Source: Rhodothermales bacterium
GTDB taxonomy: Bacteria; Bacteroidota; Rhodothermia; Rhodothermales; VXPQ01
Length of the DNA stretch: 64,000 bases
Direction of reading: 5' to 3'
Assembly: GCA_951812345.1 (NCBI GenBank)
Contig: OX638295.1
Location: forward strand, 2,414,965-2,478,964
Shown: in pieces, positions 1 to 9,446 of the stretch
Layout: the number at the start of each line of letters is the position of its first letter
Numbering within the stretch: position 1 is the stretch's first letter
Made by a program: the position numbers and the translations under genes
Notes under the pieces: model-generated
Database searches by the model: none
Told to the model about the DNA's origin: nothing
The model's input: the letters and a program-made list of their open reading frames with translations, nothing else

Positions 1-1320
1 GTCTTCCACGAAAAGGCGGCTCCATACGATCTCGCCGGGTTTGCCGACCCCCTTTACCGTCCCTCCCCCCAGCCGGAAGTACATGGGCGGCTGGCGCTCG
101 CTCGATGCGCCCGCATATCCCCCGGCGAAATGCTTCGGCGGCGCGGCGCCGGAAATCTCGAACACCCACACATACCGGTCGCCGTACGGATCGCCCCACC
201 GGATATCGTGCAGCGTCGTTTCGGGGTCGTAGCCGAGGGCATTCCATACGCGGTGCGTCACGAGCGCATCCACGCCTGCGCATTCGTCCACTTCGTTGAA
301 ATGCGGAAGGGCGCAGCCCGCAAAGAGTTCGCGGCTGCCGTCGCGGGCATAGACCGGGGGGCGTTCCGTATTGTTGAGCAATCCTTCGGCCAGATCGGAG
401 GCCGGAAGCAAATCCTTCAGGCCCTGCTGGTACTGGATGCCGATCGCGTCGCACCCGAAATCGTCCGCAATGCGGAGCGCAGCGATATACATCTTGAGTT
501 GCAAGCGAATCTGCTCGTCGGTCAGGTCCGTGGCGGGATCGGGCCCGGTATGGAACGTCATGCCCCGCTCGTCGAGCCATGCCCGGCACCGGTCCGCCTC
601 GTCGTCCGGGGTTTGCAGGGTTTCGTAGTACAGGGCGCTCTGGCTCAGGCGTTCCTTGAAGATGCCCGTGGCGTTGAGGATATGATCCGGAATGATCGCA
701 TTGTACATCCCCATGCACCCCTCGTCGAACACGCCCATAATGGCTTTGCGGTGCGCGAGATCGCTGGCGATGCGCTTCCCGGCAGACACGGCGGCCTCCT
801 CTTCGGAAAGACCGGGGGCCGGGCGCACATGGCTCGTATCGTGGGCAATCGCGCCGTCCGCAAGCCAGGCCCGCAACCGGGCCGTGAAAGCGGGATCGGC
901 CACATCTTCCCCCCAGAGCGTCGAATACGGGACCCCCGCCTTGGTCAGACTGCCGTTGAGGTTCAGCATGCCCACCAGGCCGGGCCATTGCCCGCTCCAG
1001 TTGGCGACTGTCAGGATGGGGCCTTTGTGCGTGGTCAGACCCGGCAGCACGTGGTGGGAGTATTGCCAGGCGGCGCAGGCCACGATCAGCGGTCGATCCG
1101 GGTCGATTTTCGCAAACGTCTCCAGCCCCATCCGCTGGCTGTCGAGAAAGCCGTGCCCCTTGTCCGCATCGAGTGCGGGGCGCCGGTCCACCGTATACCC
1201 CATCCCCTCCACCGCCTGGATCAGCGCGGTTTCGAGCGCCTGTTGCGCGGGCCAGCACACCCGGTTGGCGGCAAGCCGCAAGTCCCCGCTTGCGGTCAGA
1301 TACACTGTTTCGTTAGGCAT
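1..1320 (-). CDS. L-fucose isomerase-like sugar isomerase, N-terminal 440 codons (C-terminus lies beyond window start)
   Basis: Manual minus-strand translation from ATG 1320..1318 is open to position 1: [19 protein letters not shown]...[16 protein letters not shown]...[12 protein letters not shown]. Layout resembles FucI-family isomerases. Absent from ORF track because it is open-ended. Confidence 0.6.
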   Translation of the reverse strand, partial: MPNETVYLTASGDLRLAANRVCWPAQQALETALIQAVEGMGYTVDRRPALDADKGHGFLDSQRMGLETFAKIDPDRPLIVACAAWQYSHHVLPGLTTHKGPILTVANWSGQWPGLVGMLNLNGSLTKAGVPYSTLWGEDVADPAFTARLRAWLADGAIAHDTSHVRPAPGLSEEEAAVSAGKRIASDLAHRKAIMGVFDEGCMGMYNAIIPDHILNATGIFKERLSQSALYYETLQTPDDEADRCRAWLDERGMTFHTGPDPATDLTDEQIRLQLKMYIAALRIADDFGCDAIGIQYQQGLKDLLPASDLAEGLLNNTERPPVYARDGSRELFAGCALPHFNEVDECAGVDALVTHRVWNALGYDPETTLHDIRWGDPYGDRYVWVFEISGAAPPKHFAGGYAGASSERQPPMYFRLGGGTVKGVGKPGEIVWSRLFVED

Positions 1321-1350
1321 GGAATCCGTGAGGCAACTGGAAACGGGAAA

Positions 1351-2544
1351 CTATCCGGTCCTTCCAAGGGATGCGTCCGCGCCGCCGTGTGCATCGCTGA
1401 GCGGCATATATAATTTGCCGGAATGCGGACCGCGCATGGCCTCGCCCAGAGCCCCGGCAAGCACGGTCAATGTCAGAGCCACATGTACGTTGCTCCGGAC
1501 CAGCACGATCGCTTCTTCAATGACCGACGCCATGGCTTCGATATCGGCTCCGGGAAGACGTTCCGTGAATCCCGCAATGGCTTCTACCTGATCCACATTG
1601 ATTAGCGGGGCCGCCTCGTCCATCGCCCGGTAGAGCATAAGGTCCCGAATCCACCGGAGGAGCAGTTCCAGCACATGCCCCACCTGATCGCGCCCGAAGC
1701 GCGCGGTCCGCTCCACGATATCGGCTATTTTATCGACATTGCGACTGTACGCCGCGCGGGAAAAATCCAGCACCAGTTCCCGCAGCGCACGCAAATCCTC
1801 GTTTTGCGCCAGATCGAGCCCTGCGGTGTACGACCCGTCCGCCATCCGGGCAAGCGTTGCGGCCAACTCCGGGGCTACGCCCTCCTTCCCGATGAGCGCC
1901 TGCTCGATAGCCTCGGGAGTCAATGGATCGAACCGCAGGCGGCGGCAACGGGAGAGGATGGTGGCGAGGATGCGGTCCGCACGGCTGGTCGTAAGAATGA
2001 AAACGGTCTTCGGCGGAGGCTCTTCCAGCATCTTGAGAAACATGTTGGCGGCGTCCGTACGCAGATGCTCCGCATCGCTGACCACGGCCACCTTGTAGCG
2101 GCCCTCTACCGGCTGGAAACTCATGGCCCGGCACATTTCCTCCTGAACACGCGCCACGGTGTAAAGGGCCTGTTTGTTGGAGGAGCGGGTGGGATCGTTC
2201 AGCGAAGGCCGGCGCACGAAGTCGACCGCCGCATACGGATTCTGTCCGATGAGCCGGGTGCGTTCGGCAATATCCGCAGGATCGGCGTCCGAAGGATGCG
2301 GCATCAGAATATGCAGGTCGGGATGCACCATCCGGTCCACTTTCCCGCAAGACGGACAGGCGCCGCAGGCTTCCTCCCCGCCCTGTTCGCAAAGCAGCGC
2401 CTTGCCGTACGCTATGGCGGCGGCCCGCTTGCCCACGCCCTCCGGCCCGTAGAACAGCCAGGCATGCGCTACCCGGTCGGCGGAGATGGTGAGCCGGAGC
2501 GCGTCCGAGACGCGCTGCTGATCGATGACGGAAATCCAGGACAT
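1351..2544 (-). CDS. holB: DNA polymerase III subunit delta-prime
   Basis: N-terminus AHAWLFYGPEGVGKRAAAIAYGKALLCE plus Cys cluster CGACPSCGKV and SRCRRLRF sensor, typical of HolB. Confidence 0.85.
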   Translation of the reverse strand: MSWISVIDQQRVSDALRLTISADRVAHAWLFYGPEGVGKRAAAIAYGKALLCEQGGEEACGACPSCGKVDRMVHPDLHILMPHPSDADPADIAERTRLIGQNPYAAVDFVRRPSLNDPTRSSNKQALYTVARVQEEMCRAMSFQPVEGRYKVAVVSDAEHLRTDAANMFLKMLEEPPPKTVFILTTSRADRILATILSRCRRLRFDPLTPEAIEQALIGKEGVAPELAATLARMADGSYTAGLDLAQNEDLRALRELVLDFSRAAYSRNVDKIADIVERTARFGRDQVGHVLELLLRWIRDLMLYRAMDEAAPLINVDQVEAIAGFTERLPGADIEAMASVIEEAIVLVRSNVHVALTLTVLAGALGEAMRGPHSGKLYMPLSDAHGGADASLGRTG

Positions 2545-2696
2545 TACTGCGAATCGAGAAACAGAAGCATAGCTTGCGGTCTTGCGGGCCGTACGCCCCG
2601 CTGCCCAAGCGGCAACGCATCCGCGCCAGCCTGACTCACGCAGCGATACGCTCCAAATGTACGAAGCCCACAGATGGCATATGCATGCGGAAGCGG

Positions 2697-2726
2697 TCGA
2701 ACTCTCTGCGGCGCGGCTCGTATAAT
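2697..2726 (+). promoter_or_regulatory. Possible sigma70-type promoter of the tRNA gene
   Basis: Perfect TATAAT at 2721..2726, 27 nt upstream of tRNA 5' end; weak -35 (TCGAAC, 18-nt spacer). Confidence 0.35.
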
Positions 2727-2752
2727 GCGCCCCCGGTCCGGTTTTCGGATCC

Positions 2753-2826
2753 GGCGCGGTAGCTCAGCAGGTTAGAGCGTACGACTCATAATCGTAAGGT
2801 CGAGAGTTCGAGTCTCTCCCGCGCCA
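2753..2826 (+). tRNA. tRNA-Met (anticodon CAT); could alternatively be lysidine-type tRNA-Ile2
   Basis: Manual cloverleaf: acceptor GGCGCGG/CCGCGCC, D arm GCTC..GAGC, anticodon stem TACGA/TCGTA with loop CTCATAA, T arm GAGAG-TTCGAGT-CTCTC, discriminator A; G1-C72 pair argues against initiator. Confidence 0.9.
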
Positions 2827-2899
2827 CTGTTTGGTTTGGGGGGGTAGGATCGGGATTTTATGCCTGCAAGAGGGGACATTTGCGAGTTGATGACATCGG

Positions 2900-4243
2900 T
2901 TACCTCCAGTTGCAATTGACCTGATCGGAGAACGGTCCGTTGCCCCATACAGAATCTTTGCCGGGAAAGCCCTGTGGGGGCTCCGGGCCATCATATTTCC
3001 ACTCATCGGGCGGTGGTCCGGCGGCTCCGATCGCAAAGCACCAGCCTGTCACAGTCCGCCGCCACGCATACCATGACTGGCCGTTTTTGGCGACATGTAG
3101 CGTGATCCCAGATTCCTGGGGCAACCCTTGGCGTATAAATTTATCGCCGAGGATCTTGAGCATATCATTGCGGTAGCGGTCGTCTCTTCGATACCATCCC
3201 ATCTGACAGGTTGCCAACCACTGTAGAGCATCAATCGTTTCAGCGAACTCCCGGCGGTCCAGCTGTCGGCCTTCGTCGTCTAAGTCTTGGGAGCCAGTGT
3301 AGCGCCTTAGCCCTTCCTTCTCATTGATCTTTTTCTGTTCCGCACGTTTCAGCCTATCGAACAATTCCCCGACCACGCCTCTTGCAGCAGAGAATGTCCG
3401 GGTTTCGCTGAGTTCCCGAGCCAAGTACAAGTAACCCGTAGTCTTTCGCACAATATCTGTACGGAAGTGCAGTACAGACAGTAGCGCTAACCGGGATCGC
3501 CAGCGTGACCGTCTATCTTTCGCCTCCCAGTTGATGCGGCGAAACGCCGAATCATAGACGAGATAGGTACTGAAGACGTAAAGGAACGGCAGCAAACCGA
3601 CTGTCAGCCAGATTGGCAGCATGAACTCAAGCAGCAGCCCCCGTGTGTCGAGCTGATGCCAGTCCAAGTAAATCTGCCTTACCGAAAAAATGATCAGCGC
3701 GAGCCCAATCACAACCAACACCCACTCGAGGAATACCTTTGCAGGCTTGTATTCCGGCTTCTGGTCGCCCACTGCCACCATCAGGCTTAGTGCAAGTACT
3801 ATAATCTGCACTATAAGCTCTAATGGCAGGCTCATGACATACAGATTCACAAAGAACTCAACGAAGACGGCAACGCGGACCGTCGCCACAATCGTTTGCC
3901 GAAAGAAGTGCAGGTCGGAGTCGATTTCCGTGCAGTTGAAGAACAGAACACCGGCAGAGCCAAGTGTCCACAGGATCGTGCTGTTGGCAAGGGTGGGGTT
4001 CCACAGCGCAAGCCGTGCGCCAACCCAAAGCTCCAAGCCGACCCAGGCCAACATTGCTATGAGGGGGATCAGTATCTGGAGCTTGAGAAACGCGGTGGCG
4101 ATCCCGACAAAACCTCTGCGTCCGCCTTTCGTCGAGAGAATCCACAGAGTAGCCACACCGAGCCAGATCACAGCGGCTAATTCACGGTTGTTAAGCATCC
4201 ACATGATAGAGTGACATGGAAAGCAGGTAGCCAGCCACCGCAA
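2900..4243 (-). CDS. Polytopic membrane protein of unknown function (about 8 hydrophobic helices, then a coiled-coil-like linker and a ~130-aa soluble C-terminal domain)
   Basis: 447-aa ORF; N-terminal 260 aa dominated by hydrophobic stretches (LAAVIWLGVATLWIL, ILIPLIAMLAWVGLELWVGA, LELIVQIIVLALSLMVAV, WVLVVIGLALIIF, LPIWLTVGLLPFLYVF); visibly AT-richer than flanks; start codon uncertain (M1, M14 or M16). Confidence 0.65.
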   Translation of the reverse strand: MRWLATCFPCHSIMWMLNNRELAAVIWLGVATLWILSTKGGRRGFVGIATAFLKLQILIPLIAMLAWVGLELWVGARLALWNPTLANSTILWTLGSAGVLFFNCTEIDSDLHFFRQTIVATVRVAVFVEFFVNLYVMSLPLELIVQIIVLALSLMVAVGDQKPEYKPAKVFLEWVLVVIGLALIIFSVRQIYLDWHQLDTRGLLLEFMLPIWLTVGLLPFLYVFSTYLVYDSAFRRINWEAKDRRSRWRSRLALLSVLHFRTDIVRKTTGYLYLARELSETRTFSAARGVVGELFDRLKRAEQKKINEKEGLRRYTGSQDLDDEGRQLDRREFAETIDALQWLATCQMGWYRRDDRYRNDMLKILGDKFIRQGLPQESGITLHVAKNGQSWYAWRRTVTGWCFAIGAAGPPPDEWKYDGPEPPQGFPGKDSVWGNGPFSDQVNCNWR

Positions 4244-4260
4244 TGGCGAAACATCCAGTC

Positions 4261-4365
4261 TTACACACGTGGCCCCGGAAGATTATGCGGATTGGAGAAT
4301 AATTTCCAGGCTTCTTCTATCGTAACGGGCAGTATATCCGTGCTCTCAAGCGTATAGATTTTCAT
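4261..4365 (-). pseudogene. 34-codon remnant resembling the N-terminus of an SRPBCC-fold protein
   Basis: Manual translation MKIYTLESTDILPVTIEEAWKLFSNPHNLPGPRV*; the xxLPVxIEEAWxxFSNPxNL pattern is typical of SRPBCC N-termini; too short to be functional. Confidence 0.3.
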
Positions 4366-4418
4366 GGGGGTTCAGTATCCTGCTTCACGTTGTAACGGAG
4401 GAACCCCTATAGAAAAAT

Positions 4419-7415
4419 CTACAGACCCGGATCGTACGTCAGCGCAAAAACTTTCTCGGATAGCCATTTCCGGAAAGAATCGTTGTCCTGAAACTGCCCG
4501 AACAATTGCGTGTCGTCCTGCAGCAAGGCGGTCATAACGCGCTCCAGCGCCTTATCGTGTTCGATGCGGGCGTTTTGCTTGTCCGAATTTTCCCGGGCGT
4601 TTCTGTAGGCCATATCCTTCGCAACCTGATCAGGAATTTCTTTCGTAATCAGTTTCCCGACCCGGTCCGTATCCTTCCAGGAAATGCCCCCGAACAGGTC
4701 GTTGAATTCCTGAATGATGACCGATAAGGGGTCCATATCCGGTTCATATCGAAGGCCGCCTCCCGATGCAGGAACCGGATCGATTTCTGCATCGTCGTCC
4801 TTGAGTCGTATGGCCTGAGTCGCCTGTTTCTCCGCACGGTAACTATCCATATCTATAGATGCCAGAACACCTTTGGAGAGGTCTTCTTCGACAGGCGCCG
4901 GTAATTTGGGGACAAGGAAATGCAGGAAAATGGAGCGTTTCTCCCACTCGGCATGTGTGTAGGGCAAAATGGAGACGAGAAATTCATAGGTCCGAAGGAA
5001 TCCTTTCGCCTTGCCCTTGAAATCGACTTGCCCGTCCTCGTCCAGTTCTTCCCGGTAGGTCGCCACACAACGGTCGAGAATCGGATCAAGCCGGTCGCGT
5101 TCCGCTCCGTCGAGATAGCGTTCGACCAAGTTGTCGATATCCTCCTGTCCGTATACCTGATACCCATCCAGCGCAGCTTGCAGGTCGTGGAGTTTGTTCG
5201 GATCCGTTTCGTCGGCAAGGATGGTAGTGCGGTAATAGTCCGAGAATGCCCACTCTATCGTATCGGTATCGTTGGCGAAGTCGAGCACGAAAGCGTCGTG
5301 TTTCTTCGGATGCGCCCGGTTCAGTCTTGAAAGCGTCTGCACCGCCTTGACGCCGGACAGCACCTTGTCCACGTACATGGTGTGTAGCAGCGGTTCGTCG
5401 TAGCCGGTCTGGAACTTGTCCGCACAGACCAGGAAACGATATGGGGCTTCCTTGATCTTATCCGCAATATGGTTCGACGAAAAACCGTTCAGAGAGGCTT
5501 CGGTGACGTTCTCGCCGTCGTACTCGTGTTCGCCGGAGAATGCGACGATGGCGCGGTGCGGGCTTTTGCGTTCCTGTAGATACGCTTCGATAGCGCGATA
5601 ATACCGGATGGCCCGCTTGATGCTGCCCGTCACGACCATGGCGCGGGCCTCTCCGCCTATCCTTCTACGGTCGATTACCTGTTCGTGGAAGTGATCCACC
5701 ATGATTTCGGCCTTGAGACGAATGGCGTGGTCATGGTTCTCGACGTACCGGCGCAGTTTTTTTCGGGCGCGCCGCGTGTCGAATTTCGGGTCGTCCTCTA
5801 TCGTTTTGACAAGGCGGTAATAACTGTTGACCGGGGTGTAGTGCCCAAGCACATCCACGATAAAACCCTCCTGGATGGCTTGCTTCATCGTGTAACTGTG
5901 GAAAGGCAGGTGTTTCACCGTTCCGTCAGGTTGAGAAGACGGCTTTCCGAATACCTCGAGGGTCTTGTTCTTGGGCGTAGCGGTAAAAGCGAAGTAACTG
6001 GCGTTGGTAAGGAGTTTTTTGGCCTCCATAATCCGGTTGATCTTGTCCTCGGTCGTCTCGTCCTCATCGGCGGCGTCGTGTTCGGAAAGTGACTGCGACA
6101 TGGCCGCAGCGGTCCGCCCTCCCTGACTGGAATGCGCCTCGTCAATGATGATAGCGAAACGGCGGCTTCGGTGTTCATCGCCGATCTCGTCCAGAATGAA
6201 GGGGAATTTCTGCACCGTGGAAATAATGATTTTCTTTCCCGATTCGATGAATTCCCGGAGGTTGCCGGATCGCTCGGCATGGCCTACGATGGCGCCGACC
6301 TGGGCAAACTGCTTGATGGTATCCCGAATCTGCCGGTCCAGAATGCGTCGGTCGGTTACGACGATGATCGAATGGAAAAGCGGGGCGTCATTGTTATGGA
6401 GTTCGGCGAGCTGGTGCGCCAGCCATGCTATGGAGTTCGACTTGCCGCTTCCGGCGGAGTGCTGAATGAGATAGCGCCGCCCCGCGCCGTTTTGCGCTAC
6501 GTCCTTCAGCAATCTGCGCACTACATCGAGTTGGTGGAAGCGGGGCCATATCTGCATGGTCTTCTTGCGCCCGGTCTTCCGGTTTCCTGTTTCGACGATC
6601 TGAGCGTAGTTCTCTATGATGTTGGTGAGGCTGTCGCGAGTGAATATCTCCTTCCACAGATAGTCTGTTTTCAGCCCATTGGGGTTGGGCGGATTGCCCG
6701 CGCCGTCGTTCCACCCCCTGTTGAAGGGAAGAAACCACGAGGATTTGCCCTTGAGGTGCGTACAAAATTGAACCTGGTGGTCGTCCACCGCGAAATGCGC
6801 CATGCAGCGCCCGAACGCAAAGAGTTTTTCGCGCGGATTGCGGTCTCGTTTGTACTGTTCGACCGCATCCTCCACGGTCTGCTTGGTCAAACTATTTTTC
6901 AGCTCGAAGGTGGCGATCGGCAGCCCGTTGACAAACAGGCACAGGTCCAGCGCCAACTGCGTGTTGTCGAGGCTGTAACGAAGCTGGCGGGTTACGCTGA
7001 AACGGTTTTTGCGATAACGTTCCTGCGCAGCAGCATTTTCCGGCGATGGAGCGCCGTAGAAAAGATCAATCCGGTTCGGGCCGTGCTTTACGCCATTGCG
7101 CAGCGCATGGATCGTTCCTTGCCCGGCGATGTAACCCTCGAGGCGGGCCAGAAATTTGCGCCGGGCTGGATTGTCGCTATGGAGATTCAGCGAAGAGGCT
7201 GTTTCGGGCTGTGTTTCCTCCAGGAAGGCGGACAACTGCGCCAGATCCACGCAGAATTCGCGGTCGTAGTCGCGGGGATCGCCGCAAATCCAGCCCACGC
7301 CGTAGGTTGCCGGACGCTCTCGCACCATGCCTTCCGGCGCCGGGTCGCACGACTCCCCCGTCAGCGCCGTGCAGATCAGGCGCTCAAGGCCGTGTTCGGA
7401 GGTATCGGTGGGCAT
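4419..7415 (-). CDS. hsdR: Type I restriction enzyme R subunit
   Basis: 998 aa; helicase motifs HSAGSGKSNSIAW (Walker A) and IIIDEAHSSQGG (DEAH), QTLSRLNR motif VI; sits in operon with hsdM/hsdS. Confidence 0.9.
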   Translation of the reverse strand: MPTDTSEHGLERLICTALTGESCDPAPEGMVRERPATYGVGWICGDPRDYDREFCVDLAQLSAFLEETQPETASSLNLHSDNPARRKFLARLEGYIAGQGTIHALRNGVKHGPNRIDLFYGAPSPENAAAQERYRKNRFSVTRQLRYSLDNTQLALDLCLFVNGLPIATFELKNSLTKQTVEDAVEQYKRDRNPREKLFAFGRCMAHFAVDDHQVQFCTHLKGKSSWFLPFNRGWNDGAGNPPNPNGLKTDYLWKEIFTRDSLTNIIENYAQIVETGNRKTGRKKTMQIWPRFHQLDVVRRLLKDVAQNGAGRRYLIQHSAGSGKSNSIAWLAHQLAELHNNDAPLFHSIIVVTDRRILDRQIRDTIKQFAQVGAIVGHAERSGNLREFIESGKKIIISTVQKFPFILDEIGDEHRSRRFAIIIDEAHSSQGGRTAAAMSQSLSEHDAADEDETTEDKINRIMEAKKLLTNASYFAFTATPKNKTLEVFGKPSSQPDGTVKHLPFHSYTMKQAIQEGFIVDVLGHYTPVNSYYRLVKTIEDDPKFDTRRARKKLRRYVENHDHAIRLKAEIMVDHFHEQVIDRRRIGGEARAMVVTGSIKRAIRYYRAIEAYLQERKSPHRAIVAFSGEHEYDGENVTEASLNGFSSNHIADKIKEAPYRFLVCADKFQTGYDEPLLHTMYVDKVLSGVKAVQTLSRLNRAHPKKHDAFVLDFANDTDTIEWAFSDYYRTTILADETDPNKLHDLQAALDGYQVYGQEDIDNLVERYLDGAERDRLDPILDRCVATYREELDEDGQVDFKGKAKGFLRTYEFLVSILPYTHAEWEKRSIFLHFLVPKLPAPVEEDLSKGVLASIDMDSYRAEKQATQAIRLKDDDAEIDPVPASGGGLRYEPDMDPLSVIIQEFNDLFGGISWKDTDRVGKLITKEIPDQVAKDMAYRNARENSDKQNARIEHDKALERVMTALLQDDTQLFGQFQDNDSFRKWLSEKVFALTYDPGL

Positions 7416-7528
7416 GGGGCATTATGGCCGGTCAGGCGTAGGTCATGGGTTGCGGTGCCCAAATTTATGGAATGCCCGGCGGAATTGCTGTTGGCCGACC
7501 AACAGGGATAGGCATCCATATGGCACCT

Positions 7529-8887
7529 TCATTGGCCTTCTTGCACTTCCTTCGGTTGTTCCGGTAGTTGCGCTACTGCCTCGCGCACATCAATCTTTCC
7601 GGTGACTACATCGGAAATCAGGCGGGTACGGTATTCTTCCATAAGTTCGATCTGGCGCCGGGTGCGGTCGATGGCGGTGTCGATGGAGGCGGTGGCTTTG
7701 TCGAGATACTCGACAATAACGTGTTGCTCGGAAAGAGAAGGGAACGCAACCGACAACCTTGAAACAACACCAGTATCAAGTATTGGAATTGTCGCTGTAG
7801 AAGCAGTTGCATGTAACCAGTCTTCTGCATTCCTAAGCTGACGTAGAATGAAAAGGGGATTTACGAGGGTAGTATTCAACTCAAAGGAAGTAATTTGCTG
7901 ATTCGTGGATCCATCCCGCATGAGTAATGCCATCCGCCCCGCAGTCGCACCTATTACCACAACCAATAATGCCGGTTTGCTTATTAGTCGAGCTTTTCCT
8001 TCTCTAAATGCATCCACTGTCAAGTGGCGTACTGGCGAATCAACTTCCTCTTGGTATCTGCAACTCGATGGCCCATACCAAGGGATAGTACCATTTTCAT
8101 AGTATCTCGGTTCGGCAGTGGGCGGAGTTATTCCGTTCTGAATACAACGGGAGAGATACTTGAGACCCATCACCTTCCAATGCTCAGGCACCTCTCCTAA
8201 CCATCCCACGCCAGAATCCTTGAGAGATACATCAGGATTGAGTCCGCGAGTGACAGCCCGTTGGATGATTGCCCGTCGGTGTTCCTCCAGCAAGCCGATC
8301 AATCTCTGCTTCGCATCGATGTAGCGCCGGATGTGATGACCGGCATGGTCGAGGAAACAGACGATGGCGTGTTGTTCGGGGAGGGGTGGGAGAGGAAGGC
8401 TTGAACGAGCAAGTTCCTCGTAGTCTATGTTCTGGCCTTGGCGAATACCAGTGACAAATAGCGATAAATTAGTTATATAGGACTTCGATTTGAAGACGTG
8501 AGATAGGTAGGCATGGTGTATTCGTTCAACCGGATACAGAATCGTATAAGCGGGGCTAATGATTCCAGAGTCGCGGGCATACTCAATACCCCCTTGGAAA
8601 GATCTCAGACTAATCACAAAATCACCACGATTTACAACTTTAAGCAAATGGAGATCCTTCATCGCCAAGACTGTGCGGCTCTCGTAATATTCTTTGCGCA
8701 CAACCCCTTTTGTTTGAGTCGCTGCTAGCAATGGCTTGTCAGGAAAGCCTTTTTTGCTTCGTTCGGCTAGAAGGGTTTTGGTTCTTCTGAGTTCCCAATG
8801 TGCTGGCACATTGCCCAGCCACTCCACCCCGGAGGATTTATATCGAGAATAAGGCTCGAATTTTTTGAATATATTGGAATCTATCAT
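7529..8887 (-). CDS. hsdS: Type I R-M specificity subunit
   Basis: 452 aa with two target-recognition halves, each followed by a conserved repeat ([16 protein letters not shown]... and [22 protein letters not shown]...[15 protein letters not shown]). Confidence 0.85.
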   Translation of the reverse strand: MIDSNIFKKFEPYSRYKSSGVEWLGNVPAHWELRRTKTLLAERSKKGFPDKPLLAATQTKGVVRKEYYESRTVLAMKDLHLLKVVNRGDFVISLRSFQGGIEYARDSGIISPAYTILYPVERIHHAYLSHVFKSKSYITNLSLFVTGIRQGQNIDYEELARSSLPLPPLPEQHAIVCFLDHAGHHIRRYIDAKQRLIGLLEEHRRAIIQRAVTRGLNPDVSLKDSGVGWLGEVPEHWKVMGLKYLSRCIQNGITPPTAEPRYYENGTIPWYGPSSCRYQEEVDSPVRHLTVDAFREGKARLISKPALLVVVIGATAGRMALLMRDGSTNQQITSFELNTTLVNPLFILRQLRNAEDWLHATASTATIPILDTGVVSRLSVAFPSLSEQHVIVEYLDKATASIDTAIDRTRRQIELMEEYRTRLISDVVTGKIDVREAVAQLPEQPKEVQEGQ

Positions 8888-9333
8888 AATCTAATATATC
8901 GATATTGATTTCTGATATAGGCAATGAAATACGTACCATGTGAAGCCGCTCGCATCAAACCTTGCCACTCAAACTCAGGAACATCAAAATATTGATATAC
9001 TGCACCATTTTTAAATTCAATTTCGAGCGTTAATGAGTTAAGCTCATATCCGACCGATACAAGATTGGACGAAGTCACGGGTACTCTATTGAACGCGCCG
9101 GCGCCGCCGTTTCCGCGTACGTCCGCATGTCTGAACCGGTCGTATTGCTCGCGTTTCTGCGGATCGGACAACACCTCGTAGGCCTGGGCTACTTCCTTGA
9201 ACTTTTGTTCGGCCTCGGGATTGTCGGGATTCCGGTCGGGATGGTACTTGAGCGCCTGGGCCCGAAAGGCGCGCTTCAGCGTATCCACATCCGCGTTGCG
9301 CTCAATGCCGAGTATTTCGTAGTAATCGGTCAT
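8884..9333 (-). CDS. J-domain (DnaJ-like) protein fused to a KTSC domain
   Basis: N-terminus [35 protein letters not shown] (HPD motif); C-terminus [40 protein letters not shown] (KTSC-like); stop TGA overlaps hsdS ATG (ATGA at 8884..8887). Confidence 0.75.
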   Translation of the reverse strand: MTDYYEILGIERNADVDTLKRAFRAQALKYHPDRNPDNPEAEQKFKEVAQAYEVLSDPQKREQYDRFRHADVRGNGGAGAFNRVPVTSSNLVSVGYELNSLTLEIEFKNGAVYQYFDVPEFEWQGLMRAASHGTYFIAYIRNQYRYIRL

Positions 9334-9446
9334 GGAAAGGAGACAGGATCGGACGCGAGCGGGATATATCGTGAAACAGGCAAGCGGCGCATGAAAAACG
9401 GACAGGATGTTATTATGGATAGTCTGATCAATCCGGTGTTTGGGGT

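Noticed and set aside
130-1591. Long plus-strand ORFs 130..1413 (427 aa) and 692..1591 (299 aa)
   Set aside because: Arg/Gly/His/Pro-rich nonsense typical of antisense frames in GC-rich DNA. The minus strand encodes a coherent FucI-like protein across the same span.
6132-7511. 459-aa plus-strand ORF inside hsdR, plus similar shadows: 16563..18065, 17099..18277, 18755..20050, 19953..21374, 26399..28711, 34491..36299, 31692..33257, 41680..42741
   Set aside because: Each lies antisense to, or out of frame with, a gene that has clear family motifs. Their compositions are low-complexity R/G/P/H-rich.
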